Shown: positions 1 to 12,582, counted from the stretch's first letter. The stretch is 64,000 nt of DNA from an uncultured Pelagibacteraceae bacterium (GCA_902525595.1 CABZHO010000003.1:4099-68098); one strand, 5' to 3'. The notes: a model not told the origin generated them from the sequence alone. Program-made: numbers and translations.

Positions 1-1619
1 TAAGTACTTATGAGATTAGGCTGATAAATAAAATTGATCTCCTGATCTAAACCTTGACCTAGTAAATATGCTTTAAAATCAAAATTTTCAAGATCTTTAT
101 CGGATTGCGAGGATGAAAATTCAAGAATTTTATTAGTTAATTTTGATAATTTTAGATCGTTGAACCTTATTTTACCAAATTCCTCAGTATACTTATATAT
201 TAAGAAAGGATTTTCAATTATGGACAAAATAATGATTTTTTCTCTTACTGCCGAGTCATGAGAGCTTAGATCTACTCTTTCGCTCTTCTTTATTTCGTTT
301 GATACTTTTTTATTATAATACGTTTTATAACCTTTATTGATATTATGATTTGCATCTTTTAAAAGTCTTATTTTCTCAGTAAATTCTTTATTATAGTATT
401 CTCTTACTGTTTGATTGTTAATTTTACTTAATAATGTTCTTATTCTTTTTTCAAACCCCGCTTTTTTTTCTGGTGTTGATAGATCTTCTCTTTCCAATTC
501 TTTGCGCCATAAAAATTCAGATAAGGATAAAGACTGATCAAGAAGCTTAGTAAAATCTGCAGCACTATTTTTATTTATAAAATCATCAGGATCATAATTT
601 TTTGGTAAAATAGAAAATCTCAATGAAAGATCAGGTTGCAAATTTTGAATAGCTAATAATGAAGCTCTCTCAGCTGCTTTCTGACCCGCCTCATCACCAT
701 CAAAGATAACAATGGGACTCTGACAAACTTTCCAAGCTTTTTCAATTTGAAAACTTGTCAATGCGGTACCAAGAGGTGCGACTGTTGTTTTAAAATTATT
801 CTGATAAAGAGAAATAACATCCATATAACCCTCAACAATAATTAAATTTTGTACTTTCCTATTTTCTTCAATGGCAAGATTTAAATTAAAAAGATTATAA
901 CTCTTTTTAAATAAGGGACTGTCAGTGGAATTTATATATTTTATATTTGAGTTATCAAGTGCTCTTCCTCCAAAAGCAATGATTTGAGATCGATAATCTT
1001 TGATTGGAAAAATAAGTCGATTTCTAAAAAAATCATAATATTCACCTTCTCTATTATTTGATTTTTTTATTAAGCCTAAAGATAAAGCATCATCTAAATT
1101 TAAACCTTTATTTTTTATATGAAGATAAAGTTGATTGGAAGAACTTCCTGAATAACCCAACTGAAATTTTTCTATAATGCTATCTTTTATTAATCTTCTA
1201 TCTAAATATTTTTTTGCAATATTACTCTTAGTGAGCAATGTTTGAAAAAAAATATTAGTTTCGTTCATAAGATTCTTTAAGCTTGAATAATTTTTTTCAA
1301 TATAATTAGGATCTTTAATCATTCCATTTTCAGGATTTAATCCAGCTTGTTTAGCAAGGAATTCAATGGACTCTGGATAAGTCATATTCTTATGTTTAAT
1401 TAAAAATGAAAAGATATCACCATGCTCAGCACTGCTAAAACAATGATAAAATTCCTTATCATCATTTACTGTAAATGAAGGTGTCTTTTCGTTTTTAAAT
1501 GGACTTAGACCAACAAATTCATTGCCTCTCTGTGTAAGTTTGACAAATTTACCAACCACATCAGATACCCGAAGACGTGATTTAATTTCATTTATAAATT
1601 CTTTTGAATATCTTGGCAT
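1..1619 (-). CDS. dnaG: DNA primase (3' end runs off the window)
   Basis: Not in the ORF track. Manual translation from ATG at 1619 gives MPRYSKEFINEIKSRLRVSDVVGKFVKL...EKTPSF...YHCFSS..GDIF, and the TOPRIM motif VEGYMDVISL. yqeY-dnaG synteny. Confidence 0.96.
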   Translation of the reverse strand, partial: MPRYSKEFINEIKSRLRVSDVVGKFVKLTQRGNEFVGLSPFKNEKTPSFTVNDDKEFYHCFSSAEHGDIFSFLIKHKNMTYPESIEFLAKQAGLNPENGMIKDPNYIEKNYSSLKNLMNETNIFFQTLLTKSNIAKKYLDRRLIKDSIIEKFQLGYSGSSSNQLYLHIKNKGLNLDDALSLGLIKKSNNREGEYYDFFRNRLIFPIKDYRSQIIAFGGRALDNSNIKYINSTDSPLFKKSYNLFNLNLAIEENRKVQNLIIVEGYMDVISLYQNNFKTTVAPLGTALTSFQIEKAWKVCQSPIVIFDGDEAGQKAAERASLLAIQNLQPDLSLRFSILPKNYDPDDFINKNSAADFTKLLDQSLSLSEFLWRKELEREDLSTPEKKAGFEKRIRTLLSKINNQTVREYYNKEFTEKIRLLKDANHNINKGYKTYYNKKVSNEIKKSERVDLSSHDSAVREKIIILSIIENPFLIYKYTEEFGKIRFNDLKLSKLTNKILEFSSSQSDKDLENFDFKAYLLGQGLDQEINFIYQPNLIST

Positions 1620-1668
1620 TGACTAAGTATATTATTAACGTCAAAAAAAAATAGATAACAAATTGCCG

Positions 1669-2124
1669 TTAATTTCCAAGTTTTTCCTTGATTAATTTGC
1701 TAGCAAGAGAAATATCAAGGGCAGAAGAGGAATTATCTTTGAGATATTTAATCACCTTACCTATTTCTTTCAATGTTGAAGCTTCTGTTGCTTTTATAGC
1801 ATCATCGCACAGTAGTGCTGTTTGAGCCTCATCAAGCTGCTCTGGCAGAAACTCGTTTATAATTTTAATTTCACCATTTTCCTTACTAACTAACTCTGAC
1901 CTACCAGCTTGTGCAAACATTTCAATCGAATCATTTCTTTGCTTAACCATTTTTTTTAATAGTTGAATAACGACTTCCTCAGAAATTTCAGAATCTTCAC
2001 CTGAAGAACGACTTGCTATTTCTTTATCTTTGATTGCAGCTAGTACTAGTCTTAAAGTGTGGATTCTCTCTTTATCGCCATTTTTAAGAGCATTAGATAA
2101 TTCTGTTGTGATAGTATCTTTCAT
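1669..2124 (-). CDS. GatB/YqeY domain-containing protein
   Basis: TLRLVLAAIKDKEI...KQRNDSIEMF..AGR..L...E..II.EFLP is the YqeY signature; lies between carA and dnaG as in other alphaproteobacteria. Confidence 0.92.
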   Translation of the reverse strand: MKDTITTELSNALKNGDKERIHTLRLVLAAIKDKEIASRSSGEDSEISEEVVIQLLKKMVKQRNDSIEMFAQAGRSELVSKENGEIKIINEFLPEQLDEAQTALLCDDAIKATEASTLKEIGKVIKYLKDNSSSALDISLASKLIKEKLGN

Positions 2125-2254
2125 TTGAAGTAAACTTAAAATCTATATCATCAAATATCTTGTGGCAATAATAGATCAAAATTTATTATCTTATCTTACT
2201 ATTGCATGAATGCCCCATTTGCACTAAATTTCTATAAATCTAGAATCAGTACAT

Positions 2255-3403
2255 ATGTTCAAGTCTCTTAGGTTGAAAAAAGATCGTGCAACAGCTCGAC
2301 CTAAACCTATTGAGGGCCAGCTTATTCTTGAAGATGGATCCCATTTTAATGGAATTAAAATTGGTTCTCCTAACATGGAAATTGGTGAAGTATGCTTCAA
2401 TACATCAATGACAGGCTATCAGGAGATAATAACTGACCCCTCCTATGCAGGACAAATAATTAATTTTACATTCCCACATATTGGTAACGTAGGAACAAAT
2501 TTTGATGATGACGAATCTAGAAAGCCATTTGCAAAAGGAATAATCATTAACTGTGATATTTCCGATCCCTCAAACTATAGGTCTATTCTTCATCTTGATC
2601 TATGGCTTAAAAAAAATAATATACCCGGTATTTGTAATATTGATACTAGACTAATTACAAATAGAATTCGTTCAAAAGGTGCTCCAAGAGGTGGTATTAT
2701 TGAAGGCCCTATAAATAATAAAAAATCTGCATACTGTTTAAAAGAAATAAAAAAATGGAAGGGTCTAAATGGGCTTGATCTTGCTATCGATGTATCACGC
2801 AAAGATGTAAAAATTTATAAGTCTAAAAAAAAATCAAAACTAAAGGTTGTAGCAATAGACTATGGAATTAAACAGAATATATTGAATTGCTTATTAGATT
2901 TAAATTTAGAAGTAATTTTAGTACCAGCAAAAACTTCGGCAGAAAAGATACTTACTTATAATCCAAATGGCATCTTTCTCTCAAATGGTCCAGGTGATCC
3001 AAAGGCAACAGGAAAGTATGCTATCCCAATTATAAAAAAACTTATCGAGGCAAGGATTCCAATATTTGGTATATGCCTTGGCCATCAACTTATTTCTTTA
3101 GCTTTAGGAGCAAAAACAAAAAAAATGTTTCAAGGTCACAGGGGAGCTAATCATCCGGTAAAAAATCTTGTAACAAAGAAAGTTGAAATTACATCTCAAA
3201 ACCATGGCTTTGAAGTAACTGAAAATTCTATACCTAAGGATGTAAAAATAACTCATAAATCATTATTCGATGGAAGTATTGAAGGTATAAAAAAGGGAAA
3301 AAAAATATTTGCAGTTCAATATCACCCTGAAGCAAGCCCAGGACCGCATGATAGCCATTATCTTTTCATTGAATTTAAAGAAATGATTAAGCAAAATGCC
3401 TAA
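2255..3403 (+). CDS. carA: Carbamoyl-phosphate synthase small subunit
   Basis: [29 protein letters not shown] (catalytic Cys) and [10 protein letters not shown]. Confidence 0.98.
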   Translation: MFKSLRLKKDRATARPKPIEGQLILEDGSHFNGIKIGSPNMEIGEVCFNTSMTGYQEIITDPSYAGQIINFTFPHIGNVGTNFDDDESRKPFAKGIIINCDISDPSNYRSILHLDLWLKKNNIPGICNIDTRLITNRIRSKGAPRGGIIEGPINNKKSAYCLKEIKKWKGLNGLDLAIDVSRKDVKIYKSKKKSKLKVVAIDYGIKQNILNCLLDLNLEVILVPAKTSAEKILTYNPNGIFLSNGPGDPKATGKYAIPIIKKLIEARIPIFGICLGHQLISLALGAKTKKMFQGHRGANHPVKNLVTKKVEITSQNHGFEVTENSIPKDVKITHKSLFDGSIEGIKKGKKIFAVQYHPEASPGPHDSHYLFIEFKEMIKQNA

Positions 3404-6400
3404 GAGAAAGGACATAAAATCTATTTTAATTGTTGGAGCTGGCCCAATAATTATAGGTCAGGCATGTGAGTTCGATTATTCGGGAACACAAGCATGCAAA
3501 GCGTTACGAGAAGAAGGTTACAAAGTAATCTTAATTAATTCTAATCCTGCAACTATAATGACTGACCCTGAAACTGCAGATGTAGTGTATATCGAACCAA
3601 TAACACCTGAAATTGTTGCAAAAATAATTAAGAAAGAAAAGCCCAATGTACTTCTACCAACAATGGGTGGTCAAACAGCATTAAATATAGCAATTGAACT
3701 TTCAAAAAATGGAACGTTAAAAAAATATAAAGTTGAATTGATTGGCGCAAATCTTCAAGCAATCAAAAAAGCTGAGGAAAGAGAAAGTTTCTATAAAGCA
3801 ATGACTAAAATAGGATTAGAATGTCCAAGAGCAGAAATTGCCAGAAGTATAAAAAACGCTAAAAAAGCTCTTAAAAAAATTGGATTACCAGTCATCATAA
3901 GACCATCATTCACTCTTGGTGGTACAGGTGGTGGAATTGCTACTACCGAGAAGCAATTTGAAGAAATTGCAAATTCAGGACTTTATAATTCACCTATCAA
4001 TGAAATTTTAATTGAAGAATCTGTTGCTGGATGGAAAGAATTTGAAATGGAAGTTGTAAGAGACAAAAATGATAATTGTATAATCATTTGCTCAATTGAA
4101 AATGTTGACCCTATGGGAGTTCACACTGGCGACTCTATTACAATAGCTCCTGCGCTTACGTTGACTGATAAAGAGTATCAAATTATGAGAAATGCATCCA
4201 TTGCATGCCTAAGAGAGATTGGCGTTGAAACTGGAGGATCAAATGTTCAATTTGCTGTCAATCCAAAAAATGGAAGGCTTGTAATAATTGAAATGAATCC
4301 TAGAGTTTCTAGATCATCTGCCTTAGCTTCTAAGGCAACAGGTTTTCCAATCGCAAAAATAGCTGCAAAATTGGCGGTTGGGTATACTTTAGATGAGCTC
4401 AATAATGAAATCACAAAAGTTACACCCGCATCTTTTGAGCCAACAATTGATTATGTAGTTACAAAAATACCTAGATTTACTTTTGAAAAATTTCAACTAA
4501 CGCAACCACTATTATCAAGTTCAATGAAATCTGTTGGTGAAGTAATGGCAATAGGAAGATCATTCCCAGAGTCATTACAAAAAGCCATGAGATCACTCGA
4601 AACTGGGTTAAATGGCTTGGACGAAGTAAATATGAGTATGAACAAAAAAAAACTCACCAAAAAAAATATTTTAACGGAACTTAAAAAACCACTTGCTAAC
4701 AAACTATTATTAGTAGCACAGGCACTGCGTTTTGGACTGAAAATAAATCAAATCTATCAAACTTCAAAAGTTGATCCTTGGTTTATTGGTCAGATAAAGA
4801 CGATAGTTGATACAGAAAAAATATTAAAAAAAGGATTGCCGCGTGACCCTAAAGAACTGCTTAAAATCAAAGCATTGGGTTTCTCAGATAAAAAAATATC
4901 ACAATTGTGTAATATCAATGAAGAGAAAATTTTTAATATAAGAATCAAAAATAAAATTTTTCCAGACTTTAAAAGAATTGATACTTGCGCAGCAGAGTTT
5001 GAGGCAAAAACTCCTTACATGTATTCTACTTACGCTAAAAATACCTTAGATACTCAAGCCTGTGAGTCTAATCCGACGAATAAAAAAAAGGTGATTATTT
5101 TAGGAAGTGGTCCGAATCGAATTGGCCAAGGTGTTGAATTTGATTATTGCTGCTGTCATGCGTCGTTTGCTCTTAAAGATTTAAAATATGAGACAATCAT
5201 GATCAACTGTAATCCAGAAACAGTCTCTACTGATCCAGATACCAGCGACAGGCTTTATTTTGAACCCCTGACGAATGAACACGTATATGAAATTATTAAA
5301 AGTGAAAAAAGAAAAGGACAGCTTTTAGGGGTTATCGTTCAGTTTGGCGGTCAAACGCCACTTAAATTGTCTAGTTACTTAAATAAAATGAATATTCCAA
5401 TCTTGGGTACATCAAATGAGTCTATTGATACTGCAGAAGATAGAGAAAAATTTAAAAAGATTGCTGAAGATCTTAATCTTTTACAGCCAGCAAACGGAAT
5501 TGCATATTCTGAAAGAGAAGCTCATTCAGTGATTAAAAAAATTGGATTTCCAGCTGTAATACGACCGTCATACGTTTTAGGTGGAAGAGCTATGGAAATT
5601 GTTCATAATAAAGATGAATTAAAGAAGTACTTCAAAGAAGCTGTGGTGGTTTCTGGTAAAAGTCCAGTTCTAATAGATCACTATTTAAAAGACTCTATTG
5701 AGATAGACGTAGATGCTGTATCTGATGGAAAAAAAGTCGTCATTGCTGGTATAATGGAACATATCGAGGAGGCAGGAATTCATTCGGGAGACTCAACTTG
5801 TACATTACCTCCTTACTCATTGTCAGAAAAAATAATTAAAGATATAGAAAAGCAAACTAAGAAGTTGGCAGTTGCACTGAAAGTCAAAGGCTTACTCAAT
5901 ATACAATTTGCAATTCAAAATAATAATATATTTCTTCTTGAAGTTAATCCAAGGAGTAGTCGAACTGTTCCATTTGTTGCAAAAGCCACTGGTAATTCAA
6001 TTGTAAAGAATGCGCTAAGCGCTGCAATGGGAAAACAATTAAATGATAAAAAATTTAAGTCTCACAAGACTAATTGCATCTCAATTAAAGAACCTGTTTT
6101 TCCATTTAAACGTTTTCCAAATGTTGATACTATTTTAGGGCCTGAAATGAAGTCTACTGGCGAAGTAATGGCAATCGATAAATCATTTGAGGCAGCTTTT
6201 ATAAAATGTCAATTAGCATCTTCAAACCCTCTTCCCAAAAAAGGTTCATTATTCGTCTCTGTGAAAGACTCCGATAAGCCAAAAATTCTTCCTATTATTA
6301 GATCCTTCCAGAAATTAGGGTTTTTAGTGAAAGCTACTGCAGGTACCGCTGATTATTTAATAGAAGGCGGTATTAAAGTTAAGAAAATAAATAAAGTTTC

Positions 6401-6632
6401 TCAGGGTTCACCACATGTTGTTGAAGAATTACTTAATAATAAAGTTGACATACTAATTAATACGACAGAAGGCAGGAAATCAATTAATGACTCCTATGGT
6501 ATAAGAAGAACTGCTCTCATGAAGAGTTTGCCATACTTTCTTACAGTGTCTGGTGCAAGAGCCGCTATTAATTCAATTAAGGAATTAAGAAATAACGAGT
6601 TAGAAGTGAATCCTATTACTAAATTTCACTAA
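3396..6632 (+). CDS. carB: Carbamoyl-phosphate synthase large subunit
   Basis: [28 protein letters not shown], two ATP-grasp halves and an MGS domain; 1078 aa. Confidence 0.99.
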   Translation: MPKRKDIKSILIVGAGPIIIGQACEFDYSGTQACKALREEGYKVILINSNPATIMTDPETADVVYIEPITPEIVAKIIKKEKPNVLLPTMGGQTALNIAIELSKNGTLKKYKVELIGANLQAIKKAEERESFYKAMTKIGLECPRAEIARSIKNAKKALKKIGLPVIIRPSFTLGGTGGGIATTEKQFEEIANSGLYNSPINEILIEESVAGWKEFEMEVVRDKNDNCIIICSIENVDPMGVHTGDSITIAPALTLTDKEYQIMRNASIACLREIGVETGGSNVQFAVNPKNGRLVIIEMNPRVSRSSALASKATGFPIAKIAAKLAVGYTLDELNNEITKVTPASFEPTIDYVVTKIPRFTFEKFQLTQPLLSSSMKSVGEVMAIGRSFPESLQKAMRSLETGLNGLDEVNMSMNKKKLTKKNILTELKKPLANKLLLVAQALRFGLKINQIYQTSKVDPWFIGQIKTIVDTEKILKKGLPRDPKELLKIKALGFSDKKISQLCNINEEKIFNIRIKNKIFPDFKRIDTCAAEFEAKTPYMYSTYAKNTLDTQACESNPTNKKKVIILGSGPNRIGQGVEFDYCCCHASFALKDLKYETIMINCNPETVSTDPDTSDRLYFEPLTNEHVYEIIKSEKRKGQLLGVIVQFGGQTPLKLSSYLNKMNIPILGTSNESIDTAEDREKFKKIAEDLNLLQPANGIAYSEREAHSVIKKIGFPAVIRPSYVLGGRAMEIVHNKDELKKYFKEAVVVSGKSPVLIDHYLKDSIEIDVDAVSDGKKVVIAGIMEHIEEAGIHSGDSTCTLPPYSLSEKIIKDIEKQTKKLAVALKVKGLLNIQFAIQNNNIFLLEVNPRSSRTVPFVAKATGNSIVKNALSAAMGKQLNDKKFKSHKTNCISIKEPVFPFKRFPNVDTILGPEMKSTGEVMAIDKSFEAAFIKCQLASSNPLPKKGSLFVSVKDSDKPKILPIIRSFQKLGFLVKATAGTADYLIEGGIKVKKINKVSQGSPHVVEELLNNKVDILINTTEGRKSINDSYGIRRTALMKSLPYFLTVSGARAAINSIKELRNNELEVNPITKFH

Positions 6633-7099
6633 TCTAAAGGAACAGCACCTAGTTTTTTTGTATTTTTAATAACAAAGGCAGTTTTAACACTCAAAATATT
6701 TTCATTTGAGGTAATGTGTGTCGTTAAAAAATTATTAAATTCATTCATATTTTTTACTACACATTTAAGAATAAAGTCTATTTCGCCATTCAGCATAAAA
6801 CATTCTCTAATTGGTTCCCAGCCCCATACCAATTTTTCAAAAGACCCAAGGCTTTCTTCATTTTGATTTTTTAAACTTATAAATATCCATGCTACTAAGT
6901 CATATCCAAGCTTTGATGGATCTAGATTTGCACGAAAACCATCAATATATCCATTATCTTCCAAGTCCCTTACTCTTCTTAATGTAGGAGGTGGTGACAT
7001 TTTAATTTTCTTAGATAAGTCTAGATTTGAAATTCTTCCCTGGTCTTGAAGTATTCGAAGTATTTTTAGATCTACGCTATCAATCTCTTTCTTTGCCAT
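6629..7099 (-). CDS. Lrp/AsnC family transcriptional regulator
   Basis: [33 protein letters not shown] plus a RAM domain ([14 protein letters not shown]). Confidence 0.93.
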   Translation of the reverse strand: MAKKEIDSVDLKILRILQDQGRISNLDLSKKIKMSPPPTLRRVRDLEDNGYIDGFRANLDPSKLGYDLVAWIFISLKNQNEESLGSFEKLVWGWEPIRECFMLNGEIDFILKCVVKNMNEFNNFLTTHITSNENILSVKTAFVIKNTKKLGAVPLD

Positions 7100-7195
7100 C
7101 AGTCTGCTAGTCGCTCTGTTTTAAAAGTAAGATAGTTTAATTGTAAAAAGTATCTTTCCTCTTCAATTTTTTTTTTTTCAAGTAGAAGATTGTCT

Positions 7196-7228
7196 GTATT
7201 CCAATAACTTAAAGGTGTATTGGAATGC
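7196..7228. repeat. Intergenic inverted repeat/hairpin (ATTCCAATA-N11-TATTGGAAT)
   Basis: Perfect 9-bp arms at 7198-7206 and 7218-7226, extendable with a G-U pair on the + strand. Function unknown. Confidence 0.5.
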
Positions 7229-7259
7229 GATAAATTAATTTTCAAAGCACTTAAGTATG

Positions 7260-8234
7260 TCATGATTTATTATTATACCTTTCTTCAATCATTCTGGCTA
7301 CTTGGAAGGTCTCATTTTCATATGAATTTGTAAAGTCTTCTAACTTTTCTCCTAAAAGTCTTGCATAATTTTTATGTAAAATCATTTTAATAAATTTTTC
7401 GATCCTATTATTTTTTTTTAAACTTGGAAGTGTGAAAATATAAACGGGTTTAGATGAAGATATTGATTCTGAAATTATTGAAACAGAGTCAGCTGTACAA
7501 ATAAGATATTTAGAGTATTGCATTAGGGCTAAATAGGGATTTCCCTCACCACTCCATATAATATTCCGATCCAAAAAACGATCATTTAAGTATTCAATAA
7601 TGAGTCGATCAGTCCTTCTTGAAAATAATATAAATAACCGAATGTCATTATTTTTTAAAATTTTATCAATCTTATCTGCTAATTGCTTTATTACCGAAAC
7701 ATCGAAGCGATAGTTTCTACTTTTACCACCTAAGAAAATTGTACAAATAGGTTTTTGTATTTCTGAAAATTGATTAGTATAAAGTTCTGCTTCTTTGCTA
7801 AGTAATTTTTGACTTACATGATTAATTGCTAAATCAGTTTTAATTACATTTTTACCATTTAAATTGTCATGTACTGGAGTAATAACTAAATCAAATTTAT
7901 CTGGGTTTATTTTTGGATCTTGTATGTGAATTGAAAAAACTTTATTTTTTAATGATTTTTTGAGGTGTAAGGATGCATAAATCGATCTTTTACCGCATGA
8001 TATAATAATTTCTGGAGGAATATTAGTTTCTAAACTTATTTGCTCATAATTATTGAATATGATTTTAGATGGGGGCAATATACCCACAGGCAGCTTATTC
8101 CATGGGAATTTTAAATCTATAATCTTTTTTTCAAAATTAACATTAAGAGCTTCAGCAAGGCCTCTTACCTGACTTATCGTGCCCGCTGATCCGTCTGTTA
8201 AACACCACGCTCTTAAATTCTTGAAATTAGACAT
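7260..8234 (-). CDS. Mitochondrial fission ELM1 family protein (DUF1022)
   Basis: LTDG.AG..SQ..GLAEAL, IISCG, HIQDP...FDLV..P.HD, NPY, TADSVS.ISE; conserved position next to trxB and lrp. Confidence 0.9.
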   Translation of the reverse strand: MSNFKNLRAWCLTDGSAGTISQVRGLAEALNVNFEKKIIDLKFPWNKLPVGILPPSKIIFNNYEQISLETNIPPEIIISCGKRSIYASLHLKKSLKNKVFSIHIQDPKINPDKFDLVITPVHDNLNGKNVIKTDLAINHVSQKLLSKEAELYTNQFSEIQKPICTIFLGGKSRNYRFDVSVIKQLADKIDKILKNNDIRLFILFSRRTDRLIIEYLNDRFLDRNIIWSGEGNPYLALMQYSKYLICTADSVSIISESISSSKPVYIFTLPSLKKNNRIEKFIKMILHKNYARLLGEKLEDFTNSYENETFQVARMIEERYNNKS

Positions 8235-8307
8235 TTAATAACTATCTACTATTGAATACAAAAGTTCTTTAATTACCTAGTGATAATATATAGATTATAA
8301 AAGTTAA

Positions 8308-9240
8308 ATGCATTCAAAAGTTCTAATAATAGGATCAGGTCCCGCAGGATACACTGCAGCAATATATGCAGCGCGGGCAATGCTGAAACCAACCCTAGTC
8401 CAAGGTTTACAGCCTGGTGGACAGTTAACTATAACTACTGACGTTGAAAATTATCCAGGATATGGGGACGTAATACAAGGTCCATGGTTAATGGAACAAA
8501 TGCAAGAGCAAGCAAAAAATGTTGGGACAAATATTATAAATGACATTATACAAAGTGTTGATTTCAAAAGTAAGCCTTTTAAAGCTACTAGTGAGTCAGG
8601 CACAGAGTATACTGCTGACTCTGTAATTATTTCTACAGGAGCTCAGGCAAGATGGCTTGGATTAGAATCTGAAAAAAAGTTTCAAGGTTTTGGTGTTTCT
8701 GCATGTGCAACCTGTGATGGTTTTTTTTATAAGGAAAAAAAAGTTGCAGTCATTGGCGGTGGTAATTCAGCAGTTGAGGAGGCTCTATATTTAACGAATT
8801 TCGCATCTAAAGTTTATCTTGTTCATAGACGTAATGAGCTTCGTGCAGAAAAAATTCTTCAAGATCGTTTATTCAAAAATGAAAAAGTTGAATGTGTTTG
8901 GGATAGTGAATTAAAGGAAATAGTTGGAGATGAAGATCCTCTAAATGTAAAAAGTATAAATATAACAAATACGAAAACTAACGAAACTAGCAATATAGAG
9001 CTGGACGGTGTGTTTGTTGCTATCGGTCATGATCCAGCTACTCAAATTTTTAGAGATCAGGTCGAAATGGATGAAGAAGGATATATAATGACAAGACCCG
9101 ACTCAACACTTACAAATGTTGAAGGAGTTTATGCTGCAGGAGATGTAAAGGATAAAATTTATCGTCAAGCGGTTACAGCAGCTGGAATGGGTTGTATGGC
9201 AGCGCTCGAGGCAGAAAAATACCTAGCTGAATTATCTTAA
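8308..9240 (+). CDS. trxB: Thioredoxin-disulfide reductase
   Basis: GSGPAG, CATCDG active site, GGGNSAVEEA, YRQAVTAAG. Confidence 0.98.
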   Translation: MHSKVLIIGSGPAGYTAAIYAARAMLKPTLVQGLQPGGQLTITTDVENYPGYGDVIQGPWLMEQMQEQAKNVGTNIINDIIQSVDFKSKPFKATSESGTEYTADSVIISTGAQARWLGLESEKKFQGFGVSACATCDGFFYKEKKVAVIGGGNSAVEEALYLTNFASKVYLVHRRNELRAEKILQDRLFKNEKVECVWDSELKEIVGDEDPLNVKSINITNTKTNETSNIELDGVFVAIGHDPATQIFRDQVEMDEEGYIMTRPDSTLTNVEGVYAAGDVKDKIYRQAVTAAGMGCMAALEAEKYLAELS

Positions 9241-10449
9241 TTTACTTAAAAACTCTCTCATTCGAATGCATGCATTTTTTAAGTTTTCGTCTGAAGTTGC
9301 ATAAGAAATTCTAAAGTAACCCTCTAAACCAAAAGCAGACCCTTGAACAACAGCTACACCCGCATGCTCTAATAGTAATGAAGTAAATTCCTCATCATTA
9401 GTGATTTCATTATTAGATTCATCTACTTTTCCTATAACCCCTTTGCATGAAGGAAAAACATAAAACGCACCTTCAGGTATTCTACAAGTAATTCCATCCA
9501 TACTATTAAGTTCCTTGATCAAAAAATCACGTCTGCCTTTAAACATATTAGCTCTTTCATTAATAAAAGAATTATCTCCATTTAAGGCCTCAACAGCTGC
9601 AGCTTGACTTATAGATGTTGGATTGCTTGTTGATTGAGATTGAAGTTTGCCCATCGCTCTGATTAAATCAGCGTTTCCACCTGCATATCCTATTCTCCAA
9701 CCCGTCATTGCATATGCCTTACTAACTCCGTTCAATGTTAATATTCTATCTTTAAGCTCTGGAGCAATATTTGCAAACGTATGAAATTCGTTATCATCAT
9801 ATATTAGGTGTTCATATAAATCGTCAGTCATTATATTGACGTGAGGGTATTTTTTTAAAACACTTGCAAGTCCTAAAAGTTCGTTTTTTGTATAACAAGA
9901 ACCTGTGGGGTTTGACGGTGAATTAAGAATAAACCATTTGGTTGATTGATTGATCGTATTTTCTAGTTGTTGAGGTGTAATTTTAAATCCTGACTCCTCA
10001 CCACATGGGACAAAAATAGGAGTTCCGTTAAAATAATTTACAACATCTGGATAAGTAACCCAATAAGGGGCAGGAATAATTACTTCATCTGATACATTCA
10101 ATGAAACAGCAAACGCATTAAATATAATTTGCTTACCTCCTGTACCAACAGATATTTCGTTGAGCTCGTAATCTAAGTTGTTCTCCCTTTTAAATTTTTC
10201 TTTTATTGCATTCTTTAATTCCGGTGTTCCATCAACAGCCGTATATTTAGTATCTCCATTATTAATCGCTTGAATTGCAGCTTTTTTTATATTTTCGGGA
10301 GTATCAAAGTCAGGTTCTCCTGCCCCAAGACCAATAATATCTTTTCCTGCAGCCTTTAATTCTCGGGCTTTTTGGGTAACTGCTATTGTAGCTGAAGGCT
10401 TTATTCTTTTAATACTTTCCGACAGTTCTACCACAAGTTTATCCTTCAA
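9232..10449 (-). CDS. aspC: Aspartate aminotransferase (PLP class I/II)
   Basis: GAGEPDF, NSPSNPTG, DDLYE, NGVSKAYAMTGWRIGY (PLP lysine); TTG start. Confidence 0.9.
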   Translation of the reverse strand: MKDKLVVELSESIKRIKPSATIAVTQKARELKAAGKDIIGLGAGEPDFDTPENIKKAAIQAINNGDTKYTAVDGTPELKNAIKEKFKRENNLDYELNEISVGTGGKQIIFNAFAVSLNVSDEVIIPAPYWVTYPDVVNYFNGTPIFVPCGEESGFKITPQQLENTINQSTKWFILNSPSNPTGSCYTKNELLGLASVLKKYPHVNIMTDDLYEHLIYDDNEFHTFANIAPELKDRILTLNGVSKAYAMTGWRIGYAGGNADLIRAMGKLQSQSTSNPTSISQAAAVEALNGDNSFINERANMFKGRRDFLIKELNSMDGITCRIPEGAFYVFPSCKGVIGKVDESNNEITNDEEFTSLLLEHAGVAVVQGSAFGLEGYFRISYATSDENLKNACIRMREFLSKLR

Positions 10450-10527
10450 AATTTGTTATTTGCTTAATCAGCTATTATATTAAATTAGAATAACACACAA
10501 TTTATATTCTAACTAATTGATTAATTA

Positions 10528-12582
10528 ATGCCAAATTCTGAAATCCTAAAAGTTACTTCTGAGTATAAACCTGCAGGAGACCAGCCTCAAGCAATTGATG
10601 AAATTGTTAAAAGCATTCAAGACGAGGAGATGGAACAAGTTTTACTGGGTGTTACTGGTTCTGGTAAAACTTTCACAATGGCTAAAATAATTGAAAAACT
10701 TCAAAGGCCAACTTTAATACTAGCGCCAAATAAAACTTTAGCTGCGCAACTGTATGGTGAGATGAAGTCATTTTTTCCTGAAAATGCAGTGGAATATTTT
10801 GTGTCTTATTATGACTATTATATTCCTGAAGCATACGTACCAAGATCAAATACCTATATAGAGAAAGAAGCATCGATTAATGAACAAATTGATCGAATGA
10901 GGCACTCAGCAACACAGTCATTACTTGAGAGAAAAGATGTAGTAATTGTTGCAAGTGTTTCATGTATATATGGAATTGGTTCTGTTGAAACTTACAGATC
11001 AATGACAATTCGATTAGAAAAAAATCAAAAGATTGGAAGAAATGAAATTATACAAAAACTAATTACACTCCAATATAATCGTAATGATACAGATTTTCAT
11101 AGAGGGACGTTTCGAGTACGTGGAGACTTAATTGAAGTGTTCCCCTCTCATTATGAAGACCGTGCATGGAAGTTATCATTGTTTGGAGATGATCTTGAAT
11201 CAATAAGTGAATTTGATCCACTGACAGGAAAAAAAACAGCTGAATTAGAAACTATAAAAATTTATGCAAATAGTCACTATGTGACTCCAAGGCCAACACT
11301 TGATACTGCTATAAAACAAATACGAAAAGATTTAGAAATTAGAATTCCTGAGTTTAAAAAAGAGAGTAAGTTAATTGAAGCGCAACGAATTGAGGAAAGA
11401 ACCCGATTTGATTTAGAAATGATTGAGGCAACAGGAAGTTGTCCTGGTATTGAAAATTACTCGAGATATCTATCTGGACGAAATCCTGGTGAACCACCCC
11501 CAACACTTTTTGAATATTTACCTGAAAACTCTCTTCTTTTTGTAGATGAAAGTCATGTAACTGTTCCCCAATTGGAAGGTATGTATAAGGGTGACCGAAG
11601 TAGAAAAACTACACTATCAGAATATGGCTTTAGACTTCCATCATGCCTTGATAACAGGCCGTTAAAATTTGAAGAATGGGAAATGATGCGACCTCAGAGT
11701 TTATTCATTTCTGCTACTCCTGGACCATGGGAAATGCAAAAAACCCAGGGCGTTTTTACGGAACAAATAATAAGGCCAACTGGACTGATTGATCCAGAAA
11801 TTGAAATAAGACCTGCAAAGACTCAGGTTGAAGATTTGATTTCAGAATGTAAAAAAATTATTGATCTTAAGTATAGAGTATTAGTTACAACACTCACTAA
11901 GCGCATGGCTGAAGACTTGTCAGAGTATATGCATGAAAACGGTATAAAAGTAAAATATATGCATTCAGACATAGATACGCTCGAGAGGATTGAAATTATT
12001 CGTGATCTCAGAAAAGGTCTTTTTGACGTCTTAGTAGGAATAAATCTACTCAGGGAAGGTTTGGATATACCTGAGTGTGCTTTGGTAGCTATATTAGATG
12101 CTGATAAAGAAGGTTTCTTAAGATCAGAGAGATCGTTAGTACAAACAATCGGAAGAGCTGCAAGAAATGTGGATGGAAGAGTAATATTGTATGCTGATAA
12201 AGAAACTGAAAGTATAAAAAAAGCAATAAGTGAAACTGATAGACGAAGAGATATTCAGAAACAATATAATAAAGAAAATAATATCACGCCTGCGACAATA
12301 AAAAGAGATATTAGTGATATTCTTGAGAGTATATACGAGAATGATCGAGTTAATGTAGACTTAAAGAGTACAGAAAAACATCTAGTTGGAAATAATCTCA
12401 AAAAGCATATTGATGAGTTGAAGAAAAATATGATGGATTTCGCTGATGATCTTAATTTTGAAGAAGCCGCAAAGATAAGAGATGAAATAAAAAGATTAGA
12501 GAATAATGAATTAGAGTTACCATCCAGCAACAATATAGTTTATAAAAAAAATAAGAGGAACAAAAGAAAGTACTTTACTTAA
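10528..12582 (+). CDS. uvrB: Excinuclease ABC subunit B
   Basis: [21 protein letters not shown] beta-hairpin, [15 protein letters not shown]-terminal UVR domain. Confidence 0.99.
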   Translation: MPNSEILKVTSEYKPAGDQPQAIDEIVKSIQDEEMEQVLLGVTGSGKTFTMAKIIEKLQRPTLILAPNKTLAAQLYGEMKSFFPENAVEYFVSYYDYYIPEAYVPRSNTYIEKEASINEQIDRMRHSATQSLLERKDVVIVASVSCIYGIGSVETYRSMTIRLEKNQKIGRNEIIQKLITLQYNRNDTDFHRGTFRVRGDLIEVFPSHYEDRAWKLSLFGDDLESISEFDPLTGKKTAELETIKIYANSHYVTPRPTLDTAIKQIRKDLEIRIPEFKKESKLIEAQRIEERTRFDLEMIEATGSCPGIENYSRYLSGRNPGEPPPTLFEYLPENSLLFVDESHVTVPQLEGMYKGDRSRKTTLSEYGFRLPSCLDNRPLKFEEWEMMRPQSLFISATPGPWEMQKTQGVFTEQIIRPTGLIDPEIEIRPAKTQVEDLISECKKIIDLKYRVLVTTLTKRMAEDLSEYMHENGIKVKYMHSDIDTLERIEIIRDLRKGLFDVLVGINLLREGLDIPECALVAILDADKEGFLRSERSLVQTIGRAARNVDGRVILYADKETESIKKAISETDRRRDIQKQYNKENNITPATIKRDISDILESIYENDRVNVDLKSTEKHLVGNNLKKHIDELKKNMMDFADDLNFEEAAKIRDEIKRLENNELELPSSNNIVYKKNKRNKRKYFT

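Noticed and set aside
10485-10512. TTAGAATA-N12-TATTCTAA inverted repeat before uvrB (SOS or Irr box?)
   Set aside because: It does not match the alphaproteobacterial LexA GTTC-N7-GTTC, the spacing is wrong for an Irr ICE motif, and it is AT-rich enough to be chance.
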